The notes beneath the pieces are model-generated. The model did not search any database. It was given only the letters and a program-made list of their open reading frames with translations, and had not been told where the DNA came from. This document shows, one piece after another, positions 12,475 through 24,765 of a stretch of DNA of 64,000 nucleotides (positions within the stretch are counted from its first letter, which is position 1; each line of letters opens with the position of its first letter). Location of the stretch: positions 2,232,001 to 2,296,000 of the forward strand of contig CAVNZM010000006.1 of the NCBI GenBank assembly GCA_963693365.1, read 5' to 3'. Source of the DNA: Amoebidium appalachense (Eukaryota > Protista > Ichthyosporea). The translations under genes and the position numbers were made by a program.

Positions 12475-14495
12475 GGGAGGGAGGGGGGGGGGGGGGGGGG
12501 GGGATGGAGGCAGATTAGGGAGTAGGGAAGCAGGTGTGAGCATACCTGCAGGGGTGTGTCTGGCGCATTGATATTCTGATTGGCACAGGCATCCACAGAC
12601 ACAGACCTACGGTTGACCAATCGGTCGAAGGCAATGGAGGACAGTGTGCGCCGGTGACGGAAGGGATTCCTGCAGGGGGGGAGGGGGGGGGGGGGGGGAG
12701 GGGGAGGTGTTAATGAAGTAAAGGTGGTGGGGTGTGTGTGTGCTTACACACGTTTGATATGGGGGGGGAGGGGGGGGGGGGGGGGGAGGGGTTTGTGCAC
12801 CCAAAAAAGGATGGATGGGGGTTGGTTAGAATGAGTTATAGAGCAAGAAGTGCGCATGCATGACGGAAAACACAATGCAAATGGCAGAGAACAAATAAGC
12901 ATGCATCATATCCGGAGCCCATCTTTTTTTTTTTTTTTTTTTGGTGGGGGAGGGGGGGGGGGTTGAATGCGGAACACGGTACGAAGTACGCATACACGAT
13001 GAGAAGCATGGTGCAGGACACATGCAAAGGCAAACATTCAAGTATGCAACATCATCCATGCGCACAGTATGCGTCAGAAGCAGAGCCCATCCTCAGGGAG
13101 GGCCCAAGGGGGGGGGGGGGGGGTGGAGGGGCCAGGAGGGGGAGGGGGCGCGGGGAGGGGGAGGGGGTGGGGGGGGGGGGGGGGGGGAGGGAATAGGGGG
13201 GATGGGGATTCTCAGCTAAATGTGAAAAACCAACACTGCCTGAAAGAAAACACAAAAACAAACTGCATACATACGTGACAAGACCCATGTCATATACATA
13301 CCCCTACGGTACACTTGTGCCACTACAACACACCTTGTAGTTTTGCCTAGGCATATGCCGATACACGGGGTACATCCTCCGTACACCCACTTACATAGAC
13401 TAAGCACGCCAATACGGGCAGACACATGTCGGGGCACATAGGCAGCACATAGTATGGTGCCCCAGGGCCGCACATTACATGCAGAAAGACCGGGCATAGA
13501 ACAACAGATAGAACACACGCCCACATACATAAGGGGTTCGGGATAATTCATGCACACAACCCACCAGGAAGGGCGCAACACCAAAAACACGTGTGCACAG
13601 CTGAAGGAATCAAAACGAATCCTGCACCAAAAGCACTTGTGCGTACCCAAGGCTGAGCCGAAACAAAAACCTCCCAAACAATATTTGCACACATTAGTAA
13701 GTAAAAACAAAGCCTCAAGGACAAGCACGTGCGCACACCCAATAATCATTCAATAGAACTCACGGACCAGCACATGATCACACCCACCCACCTGTCCACT
13801 GTAGCCAAGCCCCTGCTTCCCCCCTCGCCCCTTGCCCCCCTCAGCTCCCTCATGCTTGCCCTCCTAGCCTGCCCCTCACTCCCATACACCATCCCTGTAT
13901 CCGACACCGCTCTTGTTGGTGGGCTTGCCCAGCCCCTTGCAGCAGGTGGGGACAGGTAGACAGGGCTGGCGGGTGCAGGGGGCAGGGAGGGCGGGGTCTG
14001 TGTGGTTGTGCGCTGCACAGACTCCTCGCTGTGTATGGCGGCCATGCTGCGGTCCAGCGACACGACACTGTGGCCAAGGCCCTGGCTGTGCAGTGCCCCC
14101 GCACTGACACTGTGCCTGAGTGCACCTGCACGTGCACCCCTCTCGGGAGACACGGCCTGGGTGGTTGGCACGGATACACACTGCGGACTGCCCGGGGCTG
14201 CTGCCTGGGCGAAGAACCCCTGCGAACTGCTGGAGCTATGGTGGGGTGTGGCCGTGGGCAGGGCGGGAGAGCTTGGCGGGATAACAAGTGTGTGCGCACT
14301 GGCAGGAACAGTGGGATGAGGAGCGCATTTTGGGGAGGAGGTGGCAGACTTAGAGCCCACGTGCGTGGCTGTGGGGCTGTAGATGGGAAAGGTGGGGCTG
14401 TCGGGCCGAAGGGAGTTGGAGGGGTCTATCTCGTGAAGAGACCGGCGTATGCGCTCTTTGGTGCGCCGACGCGCCCGATCTAGCCACGACGTCAT
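8064..14495 (-). CDS. 7-exon gene, ~423-aa Ser/Pro-rich protein with C-terminal coiled coil (exons 14495-13792, 12669-12546, 11934-11827, 11088-11017, 10374-10304, 9361-9295, 8189-8064)
   Basis: All six introns are GT-AG with matching phases, giving one open frame from MTSWLDRARRRTKERIRRS to YESRILDLEAQLRRKESEVAALRSLLRASP*. Confidence 0.75.
8373..8648 (-). mobile_element. Poly-C-abutting structured repeat, copy B (longest; in last intron, sense to host)
   Basis: Near-identical to copies C and D over its 3' ~150 bp. Extensive self-complementarity: CATAAGCA/TGCTTATG, CCCAAGT/ACTTGGG, GTCTGAGTT/AACTCAGAC. Confidence 0.85.
9434..9500. repeat. 15-bp tandem repeat (CATGCAGCAAACAGA) x~4
   Basis: Directly visible in an intron. 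Confidence 0.9.
10688..10846 (-). mobile_element. Poly-C-abutting repeat, copy C (5'-truncated)
   Basis: Near-identical to 8373-8531. G tracts on both sides on the + strand. Confidence 0.9.
10903..11006. repeat. ~28-30-bp minisatellite (AGGGTGTGTGTGCATGGTGT...) x3-4
   Basis: Directly visible degenerate tandem units. Confidence 0.8.
12963..13108 (-). mobile_element. Poly-C-abutting repeat, copy D (5'-truncated)
   Basis: Near-identical to 8374-8519. G tracts on both sides. Confidence 0.9.
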
Positions 14496-15441
14496 GGTAC
14501 GGTGTCTGTCTTTATGTGTGTGCCTGAGCAAGCGTGTGTGCGTGCGTGCGTATGCGTGCGTATGCGTGCAGGGTGTGCGTGTGTTCTGTGCTCGTGCATA
14601 TGCATGTGTGGTAGTGAAGGAAAGACGGCAAAGCGTGAAAATAGAAAGTGAGTGGTGTTAAGGCCAAGCAGCCATGCCCATCTGACGCTATTAGTTAGAG
14701 CTCTGGCAATCTACTAAAAGGGCCTACTTTTGCTGTTCAGCATACTGTGTGCCAGTATGCACGGCGTTGTGGTTCTGCACGTACGTTCACTACATATTCC
14801 TTGAAGTGATGTAAAAGCTGTGATCTTACAAAACACCGTGAACATCACTCAACAGAATTCTAACTTAGTTTCATGAAGGGCCTCAGTGGATGACTGAGGT
14901 AGTTCATCTTGCCGACAATAAAAACACACAGCTATTGAGAGCCGTGACCTGACCCATTCAATGAGTCATTTGAAACCATTTTAAAATGATAAATTATTCA
15001 AGGTTTACGACACCATGCAATTGGTTTTTTAAAACAATTAATGCCGAATATGAAACCGTTCTCTTGCCGAGCTTCCCGGGTAACGACTGCTGATTGGATA
15101 CCTAAAACTCTTTGTGAGCCAACTGGATTCCGGTTAGCCAATAGGAAGCGTGGTCTGCAACTTTGGCGCCAACTTCAAAACGTGAGCAGCTAACGTGAGC
15201 CAAAAAAAAAAAAAAAGAAAGTAAAAGTTCGGAAGAGAACGTGGGACTGCAGGTACTGATTCGAATTTTTTTTTGACTGGACTACATGATGATTTATACG
15301 TGCCTAAATTATGCTCACCACGTCTATGCGTAGTGTGCCAACAGACCGCTTCCCTCCCCGATTGCCGCCTATGGAAAGCAGGCCGCACCACCTTTTGTCT
15401 GTAATCTGTAGGCCACACCAGGGCAAGCCCCGCACCCCACC

Positions 15442-15518
15442 ATGAACAGGCCTGGGCTGCAGCGCCAGAATGGTTGGTTCCTCCCTTCTTCCGAAGTTCC
15501 CTCTGCACGCCCCGCCAC

Positions 15519-15554
<36 letters not shown>

Positions 15555-16326
15555 TTCCCACCACCCTTTTCACCCCACTTGGCGGGGCCCTGCTACATTG
15601 CCTCCCTTCCCTCCCTCCAACCCACACTCCTCCCTCCCCTTCCTTCCTACACACCAGGCTCCCTTGTAGCCTTGCAAAGTCTCTACGTCTACCCCCTACT
15701 TATCCGTCCCCCCCCCCCCCCTCCCCCCCCCCCCCCCTCTTGCGGCGTTCCACTATCCTCCTCCTCCTCCTCAACTCTCTGCCCTCTCTGATGCATACAA
15801 TATAGCAATTTTGCAAGTTGACCGTGACTTATTCAAACCCTAGAGGTGTAGGGCTTTGGGTCCCCTCTCGAAACAACTGTTAGTTGCGCCATTCACTGTA
15901 CCTCTATGAACTCGGCAGGGCTGCTTTGCCTTTTTTTTTTCCTGCCCTTTTGCAAGTTCCTCCCCCCTCTTTGGTTGCTCTAACATCTATGTTGCACCTG
16001 CGTTACTCTGTCCCTTTTCTCGCTCGGCCCTGCTAGTGGCCAGCGCTTTCTGGGATAGACGGCAATAAAACAAACATTAGAAGCAAATGCAAAGCACACA
16101 CACACACACACAAACAGAGAGTAGGTGTCTTTGCGCGTGTTTTTGAGGCCAAAAAGACGCAAAAAAGACACACACAGACAAACAAAGTGCCCTTACCCTT
16201 CCCCCCTCTCACACCATGCAGACACACACAGCTGTAGGCTCGCATACGCACGTGAGCTACGGCATTCGCACACTTACACATAATTACACACACATACACG
16301 CACAGACTTGCCTTCCCACACATACC

Positions 16327-16386
<60 letters not shown>

Positions 16387-16475
16387 AGGCGGACGCACAC
16401 ACGCACACAGACACGCACACACATGCACATGTCTGCACATACACAGACACACACACGCATAAACATGAACGGCCC

Positions 16476-16506
<31 letters not shown>

Positions 16507-18566
16507 ACACACACACAGCCCTCAAGCTGCCGTCCATCAGTGTGCAACCAGCCACCCCCCAGTCCCAGAGCCCTGTGTCCTTTCTTGGCGGCACACAAGG
16601 TACAGTTTATTCCCCTTATTGGAATTTCGATGTCTGCACGGCATCTACCTTGCACTTCTTGCTCCTTGCTTGCATGTGTTGGAGTGCAGACTTACGCTCA
16701 CTCCACAATATGTGTATGTTAGCTTTACAATTGGTTCCGTGTACACAGACACACGCTGACACTCGATCACCACATGCACATCTGCATAGTTGAGGAATGT
16801 TGCCAATTGTGTTTTGACTGCAAACGATTGGTTCACTGGTCCCAGAGATCTCTAAATGAAAGTAACCAATCCGATTAGCACCTGGCATCCGGATTACATT
16901 CCAGACTGCTGCCCCACGGGTATATAAGCCACGTCTCTGCCAGGTGCAGACATGGAGTTCAGACATGGAGTTCAGTCATGGAGTTAAGTCATGGAGTTAA
17001 GTCATGGAGTTCAGTCATGGAGTTAACACACTGAAAGCAGTAAAAAAACGGGTCAGCGCCCAAGCGCGCCACGACGACCCTAGTCACAGCGGACTCTACT
17101 TCCAACAGGGTTATGGGCCCAGACACGACACCGCGGCCTCTAACTTCACGTCCCCTACGACGCCTTGAACGGAGGAGCCCAGAAACCGACTTCTAGGCTG
17201 TACCCTACACCCGCGAGCGTATTTCCGTGAAGTAGAGACTTTCGCTTCCACAAACTCCATCCGCAGCAGCCTGCGACATCAACGTCAAGTATTCCACTTC
17301 ATTGGCGGGGCACGCACCACAGTGGAATGCACACCCCGGTCTACCCTGCAAGCAGCCACACTCACTCTCTCTTCTCTACAGTGGTGTGTACACTTCTCCA
17401 ATTGGGTAGGGGTGTTGGAGTGCAGACTTACGCTCACTCCACAATATGTGTATGTTAGCTTTACAATTGGTTCCGTGTACACAGACACACGCTGACACTC
17501 GATCACCACATGCACATCTGCATAGTTGAGGAATGTTGCCAATTGTGTTTTGACTGCAAACGATTGGTTCACTGGTCCCAGAGATCTCTAAATGAAAGTA
17601 ACCAATCCGATTAGCACCTGGCATCCGGATTACATTCCAGACTGCTGCCCCACGGGTATATAAGCCACGTCTCTGCCAGGTGCAGACATGGAGTTCAGAC
17701 ATGGAGTTCAGTCATGGAGTTAAGTCATGGAGTTAAGTCATGGAGTTCAGTCATGGAGTTAACACACTGAAAGCAGTAAAAAAACGGGTCAGCGCCCAAG
17801 CGCGCCACGACGACCCTAGTCACAGCGGACTCTACTTCCAACAGCATGTGGTCTGACACAGGCTAACATTATCCCCCCCCTCCCCCCCTCCCCCGACATA
17901 CCCGCACACACACACAAACACACGAAACAACCCCGCATTGCCATCTACCCCGCCACACACCCCTCATGTCTTCCCGTCTTCCCCTGTGGCCCTATGTGGG
18001 GTTACATTATCTCCCCCGGCCTCCCCCCCCCCCCCTCCCCCCACCCCCAGGGGCCCTTTCTCTTACCCTAATCACCCCCTCTCCCCCTCCCCCCTCCCCC
18101 CTCCCCCTCTCCCCCTGCTTTTGCCCTGTGGTCTCTGTAAGAGTTAATCCCCCCCCCCCTTCCCCCCTGCCCCCCCCCCCCCCCCCTTTTTTATCTTTTT
18201 TTTTACCTTAATTGCTCCCCCTCCCCTTCCTCCGCCGCAGCCTCTATCCCCCACCCACCCAACCCTGTATGCTCATTTTGGTCATCAAAACCAATAATCT
18301 GCATTTGCCCTTGGCCCTTGTTTCTTCGTGTCAGGTAGGCAAGGACATTTGCCAAAGCATAGCACCAGGGGCACGCATGACATTTCCCGTTCTTGCATTC
18401 GAAATCTCAACTCGCCTCCCACCCCAACCCCTTAGTCCCCCTTTCTTCAACACGTTCCCCAAAGACAAATACTCTCAAGGAGGCGCATGCACATGGTTGA
18501 CAGCATTTGCATGATGCCCCTTTGTTGACATTTGCCTGCCCACAACAAGCACACATGCACACCACA

Positions 18567-18622
<56 letters not shown>

Positions 18623-18739
18623 CCCCCCCCTACTCAACCATGCACCCACCCACACATACCCCCCCCTCCCCCCCCCCCCCCCCCCCCCTCTTCCCCCAAC
18701 GCACACCCACCCACCCACCCACCCACCCACACATACCTC

Positions 18740-18770
<31 letters not shown>

Positions 18771-19187
18771 ACATACCTCCCCCCCCCCCCCCCAACACAC
18801 GATCACCCACCCACCCACCCACACGTACCTCTCCGCTCCCCCCTCCCCCCTCCCCCCCCCCCCCCCCCACACACACAGCTACAACCACCTTTGCCACAGC
18901 CCCCGTCCCCACCACCTCCCTTGGCTCTGCCCCCGCGTTTTCAAGTCCCCTCACCACCACCCAGCCACCAGCAGCCGCCAACCCCCCACCCACCACCACC
19001 ACCTCTGGGTTTGGTGGATTCTCATTGGCCCCCAAGACCACGTCCACTCTCCCCTCCCTATCGCCATTCAATGCCACCCAGCCCCCCGCCAGCACCACCA
19101 CCCCCCACTTCTCCCTCGGCCTGTTTGGGTCGTCCACACCTGCCCCTGCTCTGTTCCGTACCCCAACATCACAGCAACAGCAACAGG
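15442..19187 (+). CDS. Partial gene for a Thr/Ser/Pro-rich, FG-containing (nucleoporin-like) protein (exons 15442-15472, 16519-16599, 18879-19187; 3' exons unresolved, candidates to ~22329)
   Basis: Three phase-1 GT-AG junctions give [25 protein letters not shown]...[15 protein letters not shown]...[26 protein letters not shown]. Divergent from the 14495 gene. Confidence 0.55.
16677..17843 (+). mobile_element. TRIM / non-autonomous copia-type LTR retrotransposon (LTRs 16677-17107 and 17413-17843; 305-bp non-coding interior)
   Basis: Two apparently identical 431-bp TGTTGG...CCAACA direct repeats. TSD GCATG. PBS GGGTTATGGGCCCAG (17108-17122) is complementary to the tRNAiMet anticodon arm. PPT GGGTAGGGG precedes the 3' LTR. 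Confidence 0.95.
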
Positions 19188-19358
19188 GTATGCCCTGTCC
19201 CCCCTACCCCCCCTTCCCCCTCTCCCCCTCCTCCCCTTCTCCCGCCCCTCCCCTCCCTCCTTCTCCCCTTACCTCCTCTCTCTCTTACCCATGCCCACAC
19301 CCTCTTCCGTACTTTTCCACAAGTGGCTGTTGGGGTGGGCTGGGGGTGGGTGGTTGCA

Positions 19359-19398
<40 letters not shown>

Positions 19399-19564
19399 GG
19401 GGGGCAGCGGACAGAAAGAGAAAATATTATATTTTAACGGCTCTTTCTCCTCCCCTCCTTTCCCCCCCTCCCCCCTTCCCCCGTCCCCCTCCCTCCCCCC
19501 TCCCCCCTTTTTTTCTTTCTTACTCTTTTCTCTCTTTCTGTCCGCCTGCCCCCCCTCCCCCCCC

Positions 19565-19620
19565 TTTGCCTTTGCATGTGTCCTTCGTGTATGCGTACTT
19601 CGTACCGTGTTCCGCATTCA
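19565..19620 (+). mobile_element. Poly-C-abutting repeat, copy E (short, internally deleted 3' end)
   Basis: TTTGCCTTTGCATGTGTCC..TCGTGTATGCGTACTTCGTACCGTGTTCCGCATTCA between C tracts. Confidence 0.8.
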
Positions 19621-20045
19621 CCACCCCCCCCCCCCCCCCCCCCCCCCCGGTCCCCTGCAACCACCCACCCCCAGCCCACCCCAACAGCCACCCCTATCGG
19701 TTCTTCTGCTTGCTTTGCCTTCACCCTTCTCCCTCCCGTCCCTCCTCCACCTCCCCCTCTCCCCCCCCCCCCCCACCACCACCACCACCACCACCACCAC
19801 ACACACACAGAGACACACACACAAAAACACACACGGGCTGTAAGCCCCATTTCTCCCCCTGTGTGGTGCTACAATCAGTGCCTTCTAGCTTGTGCTCTTG
19901 TTCTCTTGCGTCCATATGCCCCGTGTCCAGCAGTGTCCTGAGTCACAGTATTAGCCATGGATGTGTAACAGGGGGGCACACAGGGGGGGGCACTATCACA
20001 CCATACGGTGAACTCAAGTGGATGGAAACCCTACTTGCAATTAAG

Positions 20046-20139
<94 letters not shown>

Positions 20140-20275
20140 CGGGGTGTGTGTGGGGGGGGAGGTGATGATGGATTGCACGCGGGGAGGGGGGAGGGGGGAC
20201 GAGAGAGAGGAAGGGAAAGAATGAGAGGTGTGTAGGAGGGGAGGGAGGGAGAAACCGACAGACAGACAGGCAGAC

Positions 20276-20315
<40 letters not shown>

Positions 20316-20603
20316 ATTATGGGGATGTATGGGTGAGTGGCGTGTGTTCGGTGAGTGTTGGAGACTGAGGGGTATTGAAGCGGCGGCAGGCCGGGGGGGT
20401 GGGGGGCGGGGGGGGGGGTGGGGGGGGGGGGGGGGGGGGTATGTTCATGTGATCCATGTTTGTGTGGGTATGAAGGGGGAGAGAGGATAGTGTCTTTTAT
20501 GGGCGAGTAAGGAGCGCCAAGGGAAGGGTGGGTCCGGCAGGTTGGGTTCCTTTGGGAATATCGAAGATGGTGGAGTGGGGTGGGATGTGTGGCGTGTGAC
20601 GAA

Positions 20604-20646
<43 letters not shown>

Positions 20647-22506
20647 TGGGATTGATGGCGGTTCTTTGCAAAGATGCTCAAGGGTGTGTTAGCCTGTAAG
20701 AATATGCAGGGGGGGGGAAGACCGAAAAGCACGACCCTGACCTAGTTTTGCAGATGGCGACATCATCTTACATGCACACATGTCGAGAAACGTTTTTGAT
20801 ATGACCTGCAGTTTTGGTGGTGTGTGTGAGCCATGATGGTGTGGGGATGTCTTTGCCCCCCCGGGGGGGGGTGGGGGGTGGGGGGGGGGGAGGGGGGGGG
20901 GGAGGGGGGGGGGGGAGGGGGGGGGGGTGGAAAGGTGGGGGGTGGGAGGAGGGGGGGAGAGGGGGGATGTTAACTAAGTTACATGCTGTTTGGGGCTATA
21001 GTATTGATACATGCAACACAGGCCCCAGCCACAGAGACCCCAGCGGCCACGGCCACGGCTAAAGATACCACGCACAGCCCGGCCAGTCGAAAGACGTGCC
21101 TGTCGGAGGGCAACACACCCATTCACCTAACAAAGGTATGTGAGCGCAATGTGTGGCCCTTCACGGCATCCCTCACTTTGCCCCTCCCTTCTCCCCCCCC
21201 CCCCCCCCCCCCTCTCCCTTCCAGCCCAGCCTCCCCCCCCCCCTCCCCCCCTCCCCCCTCCTCCCCCCACCCCCTTCCCCTCCCTTGCGTCCCCGCCCTT
21301 TGGGAGGGTGGGATGGCAGCATGTCTGCAGAACTGTGAGCGTCGGTGGTTTCTTTTATTTTTTTATTTTTTTTTTGGGGGGGGGGGGGGGGAGGAGTAGT
21401 TTTTTAACGGTGCTATCATAGGTGGCATTATGTCTGATTTTTGCGCTGTGCACTGGCCAGCCTGCAGCATGAGCCAATGACTGACCCGCTTTAATTTTAT
21501 TCAGCCAATGGCAGGTGCAACCCCCACAGCCATGGCCATGCGCTTCCGCCTGTTTGATGGCAGTACGTAGCCTCCCCCCCCTCCCTCCCCCCACGGTGCG
21601 ACTTTGAGGGCAACATGGAAGGCAAAACGCTTGCGCAATGGCAAGCACTATTGACCTCTTTATCTTCACAGCTTCAAAAGAACTCCTGCTACCACACAGG
21701 GTAGGGAAAGAATGGCATGGGAGAGTGTTTTTTTGTCTTTTTGCCGGTACAGTAAGAAGAGTTTGGGGTTTCTGCTTCCCCACCCCATCAATGCACCCCT
21801 CTGCCTCCCTCCAGCACACGGACAAGTGTGCACGTGCATGCACCACGTTTACTCTCATGCTGCCCACATCTCACCCAGCACTACTTATGGCCACAAACCG
21901 TAACCCCACCTCTGCTGGCAGGTTGGCCCACTAATGCAACCTCCCCACTCCCCCCTCCCCCTTCCCCCTCTCCCCCCGCGGACACAATTCCTCATTCCCC
22001 GTCCTTTCCTTTCCACCCTTCTTTTCCCTCCTCTTCACCTGTGTGAGCAAATAAAAGCACATCAATACCCACCACCACCACCACCTACCCCACACCCACC
22101 ACACCCACCACACACAAGTTCACCCGCCCCCCAACACCCCCAACCCCACCCTCACCCCCACCCCAGCCCAAACCCCCCCCACCACCACCACCACTGCGAC
22201 CGTCCCCCCCCCCCCCCCCCTCCCCACACACACACACCAGCAGCCCCCCAGAGTGACCACCCAAAGCATGTGCGGCGCAACAGTCACCCCTATCTGCGGT
22301 TGGACCTGAGACGCCTGCCCATGCCATAGCACGTGCCAGGGTGGGAAACACGTGGTTGTGTGTGATCACGTGAACTAACATCGGCCTAGCTGGCATGGTT
22401 GCAGCCATGCAGATGAATCGAAGAAGTTAGTGTTGTGTGACATTTCGCTAAATTTATGTCATATTAGTGTCGAATGCTGGTACACACCACTGCGCACGCA
22501 CTCATG

Positions 22507-22576
<70 letters not shown>

Positions 22577-23060
22577 ACACGTGTGCACACATGCACACAT
22601 GCACACACAAACATTTGATCCAATCTTAAGCACGACGCTGCGCACCGTTCCCTGTGTGCACCTTCAACTTTCATGTAGTCTTAGATGCACCCAATCACGA
22701 GGCACCGTTAGTTCTCTAATTTAGAAACAGACACCACCGCTGAATATATGGGAGCCCGAAAGAAGGTCCGCATAGGTAGTGAAATAAGAAGCAGCAGGCC
22801 TTTACCTGCAAAAACCATACTTTGGATTTTTACGGATTTAGAGGAGGGTTTAATTTGCAATAAAACTTTAATAAGATATATAACTAAAGATTAAAAGATT
22901 AATGCAGCGGTGTGTATCAACGTGTGTGCGTACATCCATGTGCATGCCACTGTGCAAAGTGTGTTTTCTTCTTTTTTTGTGTGTATGTACACGAGTGTGT
23001 CTGTGTGTCTGTGTGTACACATGTGTGTGTGTGTGTGCGACACGTGAGTGTGTGTGCTTG

Positions 23061-23193
<133 letters not shown>

Positions 23194-23842
23194 ACGTGTG
23201 TGTGTGTGTGTACATGTGTGGACATGCCTGTGTGTGTATGTGTATGTGTGTGTGTGTGTGTGTGTGCTGAATCACAAATGTTGGTATTAAATTGCAATGA
23301 CATGCCCTCGTCTTTGCTGCCCGTATGACGATGTGTGTGCCTGTCAGCAGCACAAAGTTGTTGCGACAGAGTCTGTTAGATACACGCTCGTCCCCCCCCC
23401 TCCCCCCCCCCCCCCCCCCCCCCCCCAAAAAATAAAAATAAATAATAATAATAAAAAGCGGCCCTGCAGTTAGATCTGCACCATCTCTCCGACCCCAAAT
23501 CCGGCAGTTGATACCCCACCTACCCTGCCTGCCGGAACCCTTCTCCCCCACCTTTATCCAAGCCCGTGTGTTTGATTATTGATTGTACTTCCTGCCTGTG
23601 TTTGTTCCCCCCCCCCCCCCCCCCCCTCCCCCCCTCCCCCCTGCCCCCCTCCCCCCTCCCCTCCTCCCCCTTCCCCCCCCCCTCCCCCTCCCCTCCCCCT
23701 ACCCCTCGCCCCCGCCAACGGGGGGGGCTCCCTCCCGGCTGGGCCGCGCGGCACGTACGTTCCTGCATGCCTGCACGCGTATTCAATGTTTGTGCACATG
23801 CGTGGTTTCAAGGGCGTATCCCCCCCCCCCCCCCCCCCCCCC

Positions 23843-23880
<38 letters not shown>

Positions 23881-24061
23881 CCCCCTCTTCCCCAGCGATC
23901 CGGACGTCACATATTGCAACAGTGTTACTGCAATGCGATCTGCACTTTTTTGTCCGAGTCTGCACTTTTTTGTCCGAGTTCATGACATCACGTGTGTACG
24001 TTGCAAGGGGTGACTGGCCCACGGTGGCACGTCACACCGCCCTAGTGACTAGGCTATGTAA

Positions 24062-24765
24062 ACATGGTTGTGTATGTTGTCGGACGGACTACGGGAGTCG
24101 CGCCCTGTAGTTAGTCGCGTGTACTGGCCAATCAAAATGGTTGGTCAGGAAGCGGCTGTCGTCCGGGGGGGGACTCGTCCCACAATCGCATGGCGAACTG
24201 CCCCTGGGTAGGGCGGCAGTCTCGGCTAGATACGATCAGATTGGACACATGCCTGGATCCAGTTTTGTGGGTGCCGAGGTTAGTCCAACCTCAAGATTGA
24301 CACAATCCACATGACCAATGTCTGCCTACGCTATGATACACAACCAAATTTACATTGGCGACCGCGGCAGGAACCCAAGGGCGATGTTGGTCGGAGGGCC
24401 ACGCCTGTATAACCTTGGGTGGAGCCGTTCGCGGGTTGCTACGTCCTTGCCGGTGGGGTGTAGCGCGCGACTCTCCAACGGGAGGGGAGATGTACACATG
24501 GGTGTGCATGTTGTCGGAAGGAAGGACTACGGGAGATGCGCCCTGTGGTTAGTCGTGCATACTGGCCAATCAAAATGGTTGGTCAGGAAGCGGCTGTCGT
24601 CCCACAATCGCATGGCGAACTGCCCGTGGGTAGGGCGGCAGTCTCGGCTAGATACGATCAGATTGGATGCATGCCTGGATCCAGTTTTGCGGGTGCCGAG
24701 GTTAGTCCGATCTCAAGATTGACACAATCCACATGATCGGTGTCTGCCTAGATACCCGAATTTAC
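24062..24765. repeat. Partial tandem duplication (~270-bp shared segment, ~433-bp period)
   Basis: TGTTGTCGGA...GTACTGGCCAATCAAAATGGTTGGTCAGGAAGCGG...CTCAAGATTGACACAATCCACATGA occurs at ~24075-24314 and ~24509-24736. Confidence 0.85.

Noticed and set aside
16951-17026. Short regular repeats as a CRISPR array (also 27560-27880)
   Set aside because: No unique spacers between conserved repeats, no cas genes, eukaryotic context.
19931-22329. Exon-like segments at ~19972-20049, 21022-21135 and 22241-22329 as a defined gene end
   Set aside because: They could not be joined into one unambiguous phase-consistent frame without RNA data.
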